From positions 360,468,001 through 360,532,000 of the forward strand of contig OZ024740.1 in NCBI GenBank assembly GCA_964016885.1: a stretch of DNA of 64,000 nucleotides. The letters are read 5' to 3'. The notes below the pieces were generated by a model, which saw only the letters and a list, made by a program, of their open reading frames with translations, made no database searches and was not told the DNA's origin. The first letter of the stretch is position 1; each line of letters begins with the position of its first letter. The DNA is from Eledone cirrhosa. Lineage: Eukaryota. Of this stretch, positions 11,925 to 25,409 are shown in pieces. The position numbers and the translations under genes were made by a program.

Positions 11925-14574
11925 TTAAAGGATCTCAGTTTATACAAATTTGTATAATTAAATTAAATATATAATAATTTCCTACAATCAGTAAATAAAT
12001 CACTGAACATCTTTGCCACATAAGCAACATTGTGGAAATATTCAAAGAAGTGGAGATGATTGTATACTGTTTTGAACTGTCACATGTGTAGGCTTAGTCA
12101 TTTTCTTTCTGTGGTCAGAGCAATAGGTTCGTCAACTTAGCAAACTGTAAATTACCCTTGTTTTATTTGCTAGAATGGAGCACATATTGTAGGGCTAACC
12201 TAGGGCACTAAATATCCAGGCACCAGCCTTGAAAACGTCCTCCTGCAATGTATAGTGAGGAGCAGATGGAAATGGGGAAGACAGAAAAAATAGTGGGAAT
12301 GTAACATCAAAGGGTGGACAAGCCTCAACTTGGCAGTCACACGGTGCAGCTGAATCTACACAGAGATAGCAAGGACTGTTTGTGTAATCGACAGTGGTAC
12401 CCTCCCAAGGTTTATGGGGTTACACAGCACAAGATAGTATGAGATTTACATAAAAAAACAAGGTACTACACGGCTTTATTACATATAAATCTGAAAAGAA
12501 ATAGGTTGAGCATGATCTGTAGGATATGCAAGTGAGATAACAAAATTGCTGATTTGACATTAAATCACTTGAAACTGCCCTTGGTTCTATGATATAAAGT
12601 GTTTTATATTAAAGCACCTGAAACCAACCCTGGTTCTACAGTACATGTCTATTTATTTTAAAGTGTCTATATTTATTTAAAAATCTGTTGTTATTTTATG
12701 AAAGAACCTTTAAGTTATACTACTAAATTGTTCCAAATTCTTGATTGTTTTCAATATGCAAGAAGCATTCTCGTTGAGCTGGGATGCATCATCAGTGATG
12801 TGACCTAGAGGGGTGATTGGGTGTTTCAGATGTTTCAATATGATACATACACCCATGCCCAGGTGACCTGACCCAGTCAAGTTTGATAAGACCCTGGCAT
12901 GCATCCCAGCAACAACCAGTCATGGATCAGCTCTTCCTTTCAAAAGCCACCTTATAGCTTTTTGGTTATGTATCAAACTCAAGATACATCATGTGAAAGT
13001 TAATTATGTTACTAAATCCCTTCAAATTTCTCATTATTTTTAAATTGTAGGCAGTTCCTATTATTAGAAGTATGGTAAGGAAAAGGTTACTGATATTTGT
13101 CAATATGTTATGGTGAGGCAGTTACATATTTGATTCAAATGAATGAAAACATGCCATGTGTGGATAGTAGAAGGTATCCATGGCAGAGGAATATATAGGG
13201 GACAGATAACATAGAATTGTGTTCTCTTGTCAGTAAAGCCCAGCATTCTATATTGCTAACCTGTTCAATCCATGTTAGCATGGTAGAATATGTTATAATG
13301 ATGATAGAATTGTGTTCTTGATTTTATGCTTGAAAGCTTTTAACCCTTTTGATACCAATCCACCCAGGACTACCCTTGGTTCTATGATACAAAGCAATGT
13401 CTCAATGTATTAGTAAATTTAAATCTGTTTTGTTTTCTTTTTTTGTGGGGTTATGTTCTAAACATCAACACTATCAAAAACGCTGGTGCCATGATAAATG
13501 TACCCAGCCCACTCTATATAGTGCCATGACAAAGTGGACCCATTACATTCATAATGTGGTAGTGCTGTGATAAAATCTCAAACCATGATGACCCATCCAA
13601 GCCATATGAGCATGGAAAATGTATGTTAAATGATGGTGGTTATTATTTTATGAAACAACTCTAAACTTTTGATTTTTCTAAAAAATAAATTGCAACACAT
13701 GAGTAGAACATTTTAAAAGAAATATAGTCTGAAAGGAGTATCATTTCTCCCTAAAATAAATACCAGCTGTTAACTTAGTCGATTTTGATCAAATATAACC
13801 CCTTTTCTTTTAAAAACAGACGCGTGTCTTATTCTAAAACAAACCAAGGAAAGGTTATTTTAATCTAGTGTTAGGATAACCTGGTTTTTCAAATGTTTGT
13901 TGATTTAACCATTGTTATTGTCATGTAATTCTAGGTTTGTGTTAATGTTTCATGTAATGTTAATGTTGGAATAACAAAGTAGTTGTAGTAATGTGTGTGT
14001 GCGCAGTGGGGGGTGATGGGGCTCATTAGAGAGTTCAAGCCTGCTAACATTGACTTTGACTTTCATCCTTGTGGGGAAGGTGGGGAATAAAAGAATGTAC
14101 CAGTCCAATTAGCAAAATATTAGAGTATTTATTACAAATGTTTGTGTTCTGAGCTCAAATCCTACTGTGGCTCACCTGAGTGGTAGACTTAATCCATAAC
14201 TCAGATTAATAACACCACAAGGTCCTTGGGTGTCTTTAACACTGTCCAGTCTGTTGCATGCATTCAGGGATTGAGGATAACTTTCTCAATCTCTCCCACA
14301 ACTCTCAGAGGCCCTGAAAAGGATCATGGGTACTTCTCCCTCCCTGACTAAACAGTCAAAATAAATTTTGAGATGTATCCTATATTCTATGTTCAATGCA
14401 TGTTGTGGTTCACTTTGCCTTTTTGTTGTCCCTGTGTGATGCATGATAAAACAGGAGTGATATACTAGGTTGAATTTAATTAATTTGACTTCTCACTTGT
14501 GCTAATTTAAGAAACTATCATTGTACACAATTCTGGACAATGTTTACACACGATTGTATATTATTTGCATGTAG

Positions 14575-14745
14575 GTATGGCTGTGTGATTAAGGAATTCA
14601 TTTTGCATGGTTTGGGGTTTAGTCTCACTGTGTGGCACCTTGGCAAGTGACTTCTACTATAGTCTTGGGTTGGTCAATGCCCTGTGAGTAAAAATTGGAC
14701 CATGAAAACTGTGGAAGCCTGTTGTATATATATATTTGTATGTGT
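14575..14745 (+). mobile_element. CORE-type SINE 5' half (3' half displaced to 22840-23045)
   Basis: GTGGCACCTTGGCAAGTGACTTCTACTATAG...GAAAACTGTGGAAGCC runs into (TA)/(TG)n. Confidence 0.6.
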
Positions 14746-14746
14746 A

Positions 14747-14794
<48 letters not shown>

Positions 14795-14849
14795 TAAACA
14801 AATAATGAATAAAACAATGAAACAGTTCCTTATATTAAACAAAAAAAGT

Positions 14850-15001
14850 TCATTATTTAACGATCGTTTCTAGGATATATATGTGTTAGAATTGGCATGC
14901 ATATTCAACAGATCTATGTACAAAATTATACAAAATTATACAAACTATCAAGATTAAATATACATACCAACACATATATACGCCGTCTTCAGAAATAATG
15001 A
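14850..15001 (-). ncRNA. Type I hammerhead ribozyme with long stem II (mirror copy of 21059-21210)
   Basis: Reverse complement of 21059-21210. Confidence 0.65.
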
Positions 15002-15615
15002 AATATATTTATTGATAATAACAACAATTCAAAATTTCAGGTCCGTTTGGGAACAAAATTGACCAATGAAAATACAAAAGGTTTTATGCAGTTCGGTGTG
15101 TGTATATACATGTAACTACCCTTACACATATTTTACAAAAATGTATGCTCAACATGTATACGCATACCAAAAGGATGGATGCAAATACAACATTTCAAGG
15201 TTAATGTCTCTGTAAGTTTATAATGCACAGATAAGATGCGTATAGACACATAAATATGAAATAAGTGTATACACATATTCTCATACTCACACATATCCGT
15301 ACAATCACACACACGCGCGCGTATATGCATAAACATACACATAATTACGAACATACAAACACACACACACCCCCACTCACATATATATATGTGGATATAA
15401 TATCATAAGCACATGGATATTAATTCACTCACATAAACACTGTCACACACATTTAGATCAAGATACAGAAATTAGGTGGGAGGGGGGGAGAGGTCAGTAT
15501 TCAACGGTTTGGGCAGACTGCTTATTATAGATGTATCTATAAACTAAGAAAATAAAAAATAAAAATTAAAAAGGAAAGAAAAGAAAAAGAAAAAAGAAAA
15601 AAGAAATATATCAAG

Positions 15616-15688
<73 letters not shown>

Positions 15689-15785
15689 ACATACATACAT
15701 ATACACACATCCACACTTAGAACATACATACACACACATATATAAACATATACATATACACACATACACACATATACACACATAC

Positions 15786-15841
<56 letters not shown>

Positions 15842-16141
15842 ACATATAATCACACATACTATATAGACACACATATATATACACACATACACGCACATAT
15901 ACATACACATACATACTTATATACATACAGATATACACATACATACCTATATATAGACACAAATACATACAGATATACATACATACATACACACAAATAC
16001 TTACGCATCCATATATCGGTATATACATACAAACACCACTACACTCTCACACAACTCAGACATACAAAGAAAAAGGTATATACCTATATACATATACATA
16101 TACAAATAGAGATACACATACATATATATATATATATATAC

Positions 16142-16172
<31 letters not shown>

Positions 16173-16360
16173 TACACATATACACACATATACATACATA
16201 CACATACATACATGTACACACACATACATATACATACATACACACATACATACATACATATATAGTCATACACACACATACACCTACACGAACATACACA
16301 TACACATATATAAAGATATATATATACACACATACACACACACACATATATATAAAATAA

Positions 16361-16401
<41 letters not shown>

Positions 16402-16965
16402 CATATACATACACACATACATAGACATATATGTACATACATACACATACATACATACATACACACACATATATACATATATATACACACATAGACACAT
16501 ACATACATACACACACAACATGCATACACACACATATATACTCATACATAGAATTAGATATATATTCATACATACATACGCACTTACATATACTCATATA
16601 TACAAATACATACGCATCCATATATGCGTATATACATACAAACACCACTACACCCTCACACAACTCAGACATACAAAGAAAAAGGCATATACATATACAT
16701 ATATACACGCATTGATAGAGATATATATACACATATATATATATATACACATACATTTATATATATACACCCACACACACATACAACCATAAACACACAT
16801 ACAAAACATACAAACACACACATACACATACACATACACATATATACACACACACAAAAAACAGACATACATATATATATTTTTTTACACATATATATAC
16901 ACATATATATACATATACACACCCTCACATATACACACATACACATAAGTTATATTATAATAATA

Positions 16966-17010
<45 letters not shown>

Positions 17011-17255
17011 CGAATATAGACATATATACACACATAGATATATATATATATATATACATATACACACACACACACACACACTCACATATATATGTGCGCA
17101 CACGCACATATATACACATACACACATATACACGTAAACACATACATGTGCATACATGCACATACACACATATACCCACATAGATACGAAGATAGACATA
17201 TAAATAGAGACATACATATATATACACACACATATATACATACATACATACACAC

Positions 17256-17294
<39 letters not shown>

Positions 17295-18075
17295 CATACA
17301 CACATACATGCCCACACACATATACACATATATATACATACACACATACACATACACATATATATAGACATGCATATATACACATATATATATATACATA
17401 CACACATATATATACACACAATCTTACATTCTTATTTGCATGCGCATATATGTATTTTTATATTCAGATATAAATACCCAAACATATATACACCTACCTA
17501 CATATATATTCATACATACACGCTTACAAACACAGATGATAATAGTATGGGGGAAAGGGGGGGGTTGGAGAAGGGGATTATAGTAAATATATGTTTCAAG
17601 AAACATAGAATATTATCTGTATCTGGATCCAATGTATGTTTTTACATAGTTTCAGTGTTAGGAAATACAAGAAATAAGGCAAAATTTATGCATTTCAAAA
17701 TAAATAAGTATACCATTAATTATATGTTAACTAAACTAAAGATAGTTAACATATTGATTTCTAAGGTGTAAATTAGTTAGGTTTATAATATTTGAAGCAG
17801 AATTTTGAAGTTAAATAGTAGTAGAGTATTAATTATAGTATAACTAAATTAAAGTTAATAACGTTATGGTATCAATATTAGGAAATGAATTTAGTAATAG
17901 GGAAAAAACAAATAAAGTATTACATCGGTAGTAGAATATAAATTATAGGTTAACTAAATTAAAAATTATATATTAATTTCTATAGTATATGTTAATTAGG
18001 TATATAATAAATAAAACAGATATTGTATTTTATCAATAGCAGAATATAATTATATGCAAATAGAAATCAAAATTA

Positions 18076-18106
<31 letters not shown>

Positions 18107-18121
18107 CACATATATATATAC

Positions 18122-18170
<49 letters not shown>

Positions 18171-18751
18171 TACACATACATATACATACATACATATACA
18201 TATTTTTTCAAAAATTGCAAAGAATATATTAACTAGGTATATATCCAAAACACATCCCATTCTATGATTACATGATATTCTGCAATCCGTCTGTATAAGG
18301 ATACTAATTTTAAGCCAATTAAATTAAATTTTTAGGTTGACTAAATTTAAAACCAAATTATAAATATATTTCTAAAATGTATTTCCTAACACTGAAACTA
18401 TGTAAAAACATACATTGGATCCAGATACAGATAATATTCTATGTTTCTTGAAACATATATTTACTATAATCCCCTTCTCCAACCCCCCCCCTTTCCCCCA
18501 TACTATTATCATCTGTGTTTGTAAGCGTGTATGTATGAATATATGTAGGTAGGTGTATATATGTTTGGGTATTTATATCTGAATATAAAAATACATATAT
18601 GCGCATGCAAATAAGAATGTAAGATTGTGTGTATATATATGTGTGTATGTATATATATATATGTGTATATATGCATGTCTATATATATGTGTATGTGTAT
18701 GTGTGTATGTATATATATGTGTATATGTGTGTGGGCGTGTATGTGTGTATG

Positions 18752-18790
<39 letters not shown>

Positions 18791-19037
18791 GTGTGTATGT
18801 ATGTATGTATATATGTGTGTGTATATATATGTATGTCTCTCTATTTATATGTCTATCTTCGTATCTATGTGGGTATATGTGTGTATGTGCATGTATGCAC
18901 ATGTATGTGTTTACGTGTATATGTGTGTATGTGTATATATGTGCGTGTGCGCACATATATATGTGAGTGTGTGTGTGTGTGTGTGTATATGTATATATAT
19001 ATATATATATCTATGTGTGTATATATGTCTATATTCG

Positions 19038-19086
<49 letters not shown>

Positions 19087-19292
19087 TATTATTATAATAT
19101 AACTTATGTGTATGTGTGTATATGTGAGGGTGTGTATATGTATATATATGTGTAAAAAAATATATATATGTATGTCTGTTTTTTGTGTGTGTGTATATAT
19201 ATGTATGTGTATATATATGTGTATGTGTGTGTTTGTATGTTTTGTATGTGTGTTTATGGTTGTATGTGTGTGTGGGTGTATATATATAAATG

Positions 19293-19331
<39 letters not shown>

Positions 19332-19664
19332 ATATATATCTCTATCAATGCGTGTATATATGTATATGTATATGCCTTTTTCTTTGTATGTCTGAGTTGT
19401 GTGAGGGTGTAGTGGTGTTTGTATGTATATACGCATATATGGATGCGTATGTATTTGTATATATGAGTATATGTAAGTGCGTATGTATGTATGAATATAT
19501 ATCTAATTCTATGTATGAGTATATATGTGTGTGTATGTATGTTGTGTGTGTATGTATGTATGTGTCTATGTGTGTATATATATGTATATATGTGTGTGTA
19601 TGTATGTATGTATGTGTATGTATGTACATATATGTCTATGTATGTGTGTATGTATATGTATGTA

Positions 19665-19705
<41 letters not shown>

Positions 19706-19887
19706 TTATTTTATATATATGTGTGTGTGTGTATGTGTGTGTGTATATATATATCTTTATATATGTGTATGTGTATGTTCGTGTAGGTGTATGTGTGTGT
19801 ATGACTATATATGTATGTATGTATGTGTGTATGTATGTATATGTATGTGTGTGTACATGTATGTATGTGTATGTATGTATATGTGTA

Positions 19888-19918
<31 letters not shown>

Positions 19919-20217
19919 GTATATATATATATATGTATGTGTATCTCTATTTGTATATGTATATGTATATAGGTATATACCTTTTTCTTTGTATGTCTGA
20001 GTTGTGTGAGAGTGTAGTGGTGTTTGTATGTATATACCGATATATGGATGCGTAAGTATTTGTGTGTATGTATGTATGTATATCTGTATGTATTTGTGTC
20101 TATATATAGGTATGTATGTGTATATCTGTATGTATATAAGTATGTATGTGTATGTATATGTGCGTGTATGTGTGTATATATATGTGTGTCTATATAGTAT
20201 GTGTGATTATATGTGTA

Positions 20218-20248
<31 letters not shown>

Positions 20249-20351
20249 TTATATGTATGTGTGTATATGTGTGTATGTGTGTATATGTATATGTTTATAT
20301 ATGTGTGTGTATGTATGTTCTAAGTGTGGATGTGTGTATATGTATGTATGT

Positions 20352-20444
<93 letters not shown>

Positions 20445-21058
20445 CTTGATATATTTCTTTTTTCTTTTTTCTTTTTCTTTTCTTTCCTTTTTAATTTTTA
20501 TTTTTTATTTTCTTAGTTTATAGATACATCTATAATAAGCAGTCTGCCCAAACCGTTGAATACTGACCTCTCCCCCCCTCCCACCTAATTTCTGTATCTT
20601 GATCTAAATGTGTGTGACAGTGTTTATGTGAGTGAATTAATATCCATGTGCTTATGATATTATATCCACATATATATATGTGAGTGGGGGTGTGTGTGTG
20701 TTTGTATGTTCGTAATTATGTGTATGTTTATGCATATACGCGCGCGTGTGTGTGATTGTACGGATATGTGTGAGTATGAGAATATGTGTATACACTTATT
20801 TCATATTTATGTGTCTATACGCATCTTATCTGTGCATTATAAACTTACAGAGACATTAACCTTGAAATGTTGTATTTGCATCCATCCTTTTGGTATGCGT
20901 ATACATGTTGAGCATACATTTTTGTAAAATATGTGTAAGGGTAGTTACATGTATATACACACACCGAACTGCATAAAACCTTTTGTATTTTCATTGGTCA
21001 ATTTTGTTCCCAAACGGACCTGAAATTTTGAATTGTTGTTATTATCAATAAATATATT

Positions 21059-21210
21059 TCATTATTTCTGAAGACGGCGTATATATGTGTTGGTATGTAT
21101 ATTTAATCTTGATAGTTTGTATAATTTTGTATAATTTTGTACATAGATCTGTTGAATATGCATGCCAATTCTAACACATATATATCCTAGAAACGATCGT
21201 TAAATAATGA
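21059..21210 (+). ncRNA. Type I hammerhead ribozyme with ~115-nt stem II
   Basis: Stem I TCATTATTT (21059-67) / AAATAATGA (21202-10); CTGAAGA 21068-74; GAAA 21190-93; minimal stem III C-GATC-G; GUU cleavage triplet. Confidence 0.7.
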
Positions 21211-21405
21211 ACTTTTTTTGTTTAATATAAGGAACTGTTTCATTGTTTTATTCATTATTTGTTTAATATTTTATCTTGACTCTGTATACCGTTTATCTTT
21301 CACCGAAAGTGATTTTTCATTACATCTCTTCTTTCCATGATATCCGGAATACATTGAGTTCTTCATACGGATTGGACACTACCGTAAACTCTTGGTAGAT
21401 TTATC

Positions 21406-21456
<51 letters not shown>

Positions 21457-21459
21457 TTG

Positions 21460-22835
21460 ATAAGGTGGGATGCCATCCAGGCTTTGTGAGAATGTTCAAA
21501 CAGCTTCATCAAGGTATGAAGGGAGGCTTAACTTCAATGGTTCTCTGTCTGAACCCATAGCCATTGACAATGGAGTTGAGCAAGGAGACATCCCAGCACC
21601 AACTCTGTTCTCTATCTTTCTTGCTATGACTCACATATGCGTTTTAGAATTGCAATGTCAGTGAGTATCTGTGTTCTCAGGACCACAGGTAACATTTTTA
21701 ACTTGACACGCTTTAAGGCCAAATCAAATACTTTGCAGTATCATCAGAGAGTTGCTCTATGCTGACAATGCAAACCTGGCTGCTCATACCAAAGGGGACC
21801 TGTTTTCTGGGGCAATGTATTGCTTTCGGGCTTACTATCAACACAGAAAAGATTATGGTCATATACACACCACCTCCTGGGTAACATTATGCTAGCCCAA
21901 CATCTTTGTTCAGGGTCAGAGGTTGAAGGTTGTTAATACATTTGTCTACTTTAGTAGTACTCTCTCCAGAGATGGTTCATTGGACTCTAAAATGAAACTG
22001 AGGATCTAAAAAGCCAGAAAAGCATTCAGTTGGTTAGAGGAATGAGTCTGGTCAGACAGAGGCATCTCATTTAGCTTTTAGATAAGTGTCTACCAATCCT
22101 TTGTCTCGACTGCTCTCTTGTACTCTTTTGAAACTTGAACATTAAGTAGCAGTTAATCATACCTGACACCATTGTTCTGCAGTGGGACAGTACATCCAGT
22201 ATAGAAAAAATGCTCATTCGAAACTAACTGCATTTTAGGCAGATAGAAGAGAGGTTGCCTAAGCGAATTTGGTATGGAGAGCTAACTCTTGGTAAATGCC
22301 AAGAAATGTTTCAGGGATGTTAAAGGCAACCAGATGACTCTTGGTATTAGTGTTGAGGATTGGGAAGATTTGGCTGGAGAAGGCTGCCTAATGATGGTTG
22401 TAATTACTTTGAGATCAAAGGGATTGAGCATTCAGTGTTTAAAAGAACACTTAAGAAAAGTGATGTAGACTCAGTGCTGGAGGATATCTGGTCAGAGCAT
22501 GTCTGTAACAACTGTAGAAAGGTTGTTCTTTCTTGTGCTGAAGTTGCTAGTCATTTAAGAGTTCACAGAAATCAACAGTTTGGGACCAATTATGTTGATA
22601 TCCTCCCTGAAAGGCCTGCGGGATAGTCATGTTAGTTTTACGACAAAGCTTGTAGATCTGCTTCTCGACTCAAGTGGCACATGAGAATGCATAAGGAGCA
22701 AGTTACATTCAAGACTATCCTAGAGCCTTAAGGGCATCACATTTATAAAAGGATATGCAGGAACGAGGCAAGTTTGCAGTCATTTGCAGGTTCATGGCAT
22801 TGGAGAGATGGCCTTCTTCTGTAAAGATTGGCAGT
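21460..22835 (+). pseudogene. Old degenerate RTE/BovB-like LINE fragment: RT motifs plus C-terminal C2H2-like fingers
   Basis: Broken frames read NGVEQGDIPAPTLFSIF, ELLYAD, and HVCNNCRKVVLSCAEVASHLRVH. Many stops and frameshifts. Confidence 0.7.
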
Positions 22836-22839
22836 TATC

Positions 22840-23045
22840 GTGTGTGTGTGTGTGTGTGTTTGTCTCTGTTTATGTTTACTATTTGTTTCTGTTCATAACT
22901 TAGTGGTTCAACAAATAAATTTTGGATGAAATAAGTACCAAACTTGAAAAAAATGTAAGTACTAGAGTTGATAGGATTAACTAAGTCCCTTGAAAGTGAT
23001 GCTCCAGCATGGTCACAGTCTAGTGACTTAAACCAATAAAAAGAA
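22840..23045 (+). mobile_element. CORE-type SINE 3' half
   Basis: (TG)n, then ATAACTTAGTGGTTC...AATAAGTACC...GCTCCAGCATGGTCACAGTC...GACTTAAACCAATAAAAAGA. Confidence 0.6.
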
Positions 23046-23589
23046 TTTAAAAAAAAAACGTGAAAATATTTACCCAATATAATTCAACATTGCTTGAAAA
23101 TATTTACACATCGTCCCCGTGTTGTGTAAATTTATATTCATTGTTTACACAGACTTTCTACAATACAATAGAGTAAAGTCTGCTAGTTAAGAAGCAGAAG
23201 CCAAAAAAAGAAAAAGAAAACTGTAAAATTGTTAAAACAACTATGCAACCAAATTGGTGTGGTTAACCCTTTTTTAACTATATTTCTAATGAAATACACT
23301 ACCTTTCATTTTTAGATAAATTTGAAACTAATCAAGAATTTGGAGGCATTTAGTCATATAAGTTTTTCATTATCATGCTGGTGTTTGGAACATAACTTAA
23401 TAAAGGTTCTTGCATAAAATAATGACAGAAGGCTTTTAGATAAATATAAACACTTAATTAAACCTTATTGTGACTATATTTCTATAGAAAGATACTGCCT
23501 ATCATTTTCAATTCATTTTGAAGATAATCAAGTATTTGGAGGGATTTAGTAATATAGCTAACTTTCACATTATTAAGCTGGGTGGTCAT

Positions 23590-24077
23590 GTGTCATGACA
23601 AAAAGCACCCAGCCCTCACTGTAAAGTGGTCAGGTAGGAGTCACAACAAAAAGCACCCAGCACACACTGTACATGTGGTTGGCATTAGGAAGGGCATCCA
23701 GCTGTAGAAAGCTAGCCAGAAACAGTTCTATATGAGCAAGACACATTCACCCGACCCAACTTGCCTCTAATGGGACAACCCGTCTAACCCATGCTAGCGC
23801 GAAAAATGGACGTTAAACGATGATGATGTGTGTCATCATCATTATCATCACCGTTTTACGTCCATTCTTCCACGCTGGCATAGGTTCCTGTTATGGGCAA
23901 TGCCAGGTAGGGTGACTGTCTTGCTCTTACGGGAACTGATTTTGGCTTGATTTCTACAGCTGGATGCCCTGCCTAACACCAACCTTATTTACAGAGAGTA
24001 CTAGGTGCTTTTTTATCGTGGCACCTAAACGACCACTTTACAGTGTGGACTGGATGCTTTTTTTGTTGTGACACCTA

Positions 24078-24078
<1 letters not shown>
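23590..24078. mobile_element. Two RTE-type 3' UTR fragments arranged tail-to-tail
   Basis: GTTGGCATTAGGAAGGGCATCCAGCTGTAGAAA...GACGTTAAACGATGATGATG on + (to ~23828), and the reverse-complement equivalent from ~23833. Confidence 0.7.
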
Positions 24079-24119
<41 letters not shown>

Positions 24120-24269
24120 GCTGCCTGGATTTGCAACCGGTAGACAGTATTAGCAATTGGAAAGACCAATGGAAACATTTTTTCCTTGGTCCGATTGGAC
24201 GGACTTCACCCTATTCGTTAAGCGAATGTGGTCTGGTATCTTGTCGATCAACTGTTATATATGTATATA

Positions 24270-24665
<396 letters not shown>

Positions 24666-24666
24666 C

Positions 24667-25154
24667 TCCGACATCACACACTTATACCTCTCCAAGACAA
24701 TGTCACTGGACCGAGACCTTTGGCGGTACTCAGTAATAGAGAAGACCCGCCTTACCTAAATATATAGTAAAACCTACTCCAACCAGTAGGCATCTCTAAC
24801 AAAATACACCCCGTCCCACCACCACCACCCCCACCCCATCCACACCACCCCGTTCTATGTAAAGTTATGTTGGTGCCGCGCCATAGGCCGAAACAAATGA
24901 GATCGTGTAGGTGTCACAAAAAAAAAAACACACAGTCCACGCTGTAATGTGGCCGTGTAGGCAACACGGTAAAAACCTCCCAGACCCACACTGTAAATGT
25001 CGTTGGTGTTAGGAAGGGCATCCAACTGTAGAAAACCTGCCAGACAGTCCTATGCGAGCAAGACAATCACTCTTGCCTCAAGTGGGACTACCCCCGTCCA
25101 AACCCATGCAAGCGTGGAACACGGACGTTAAACGTTGATGATGATGATGATGAT
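24667..25154 (+). mobile_element. RTE family B 3' fragment with (GAT)n tail
   Basis: Matches 59890-60484 and the reverse complement of 56207-56700. Confidence 0.85.
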
Positions 25155-25409
25155 ATTAATAAAAGGAATTCCAACTTTGTCTGATATACTCATTTTATTT
25201 ACGATCCTTTAAAATTTATAATGGTATTAGAATGAAATAGTATGGTAGAATAATAAATGTAAAGTGTTAATTGAACAAGTACTTTCATGCTTTCGCAATC
25301 TTCAGGTTCATATTCTGTGGTGACAGTCAAATTTGCAATTTTCAACTGTTGAAAATTGTTAACTTGACTGTCACCACATATATATATGTGTAAATGAAGT
25401 AATTCCGTC

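Larger units (their letters stand above)
14786..21408. mobile_element. ORF-less Penelope-like derivative: inverted repeat with ~2.9-kb arms (14786-17669 / 18378-21274) and a 708-bp spacer
   Basis: The arms are near-identical reverse complements. The sequence is homologous to the 3' tail (43839-46750) of the PLE whose ORF is 47042-48967. The right arm runs on to the same terminal hairpin GTAGAT-TT-ATCTAC (21395-21408). Confidence 0.85.

Noticed and set aside
25155-25380. Helitron 3' hairpin and CTRR terminus
   Set aside because: No GC-rich hairpin followed by CTAG on the minus strand, and the final helicase motifs are missing, so the element is treated as truncated.
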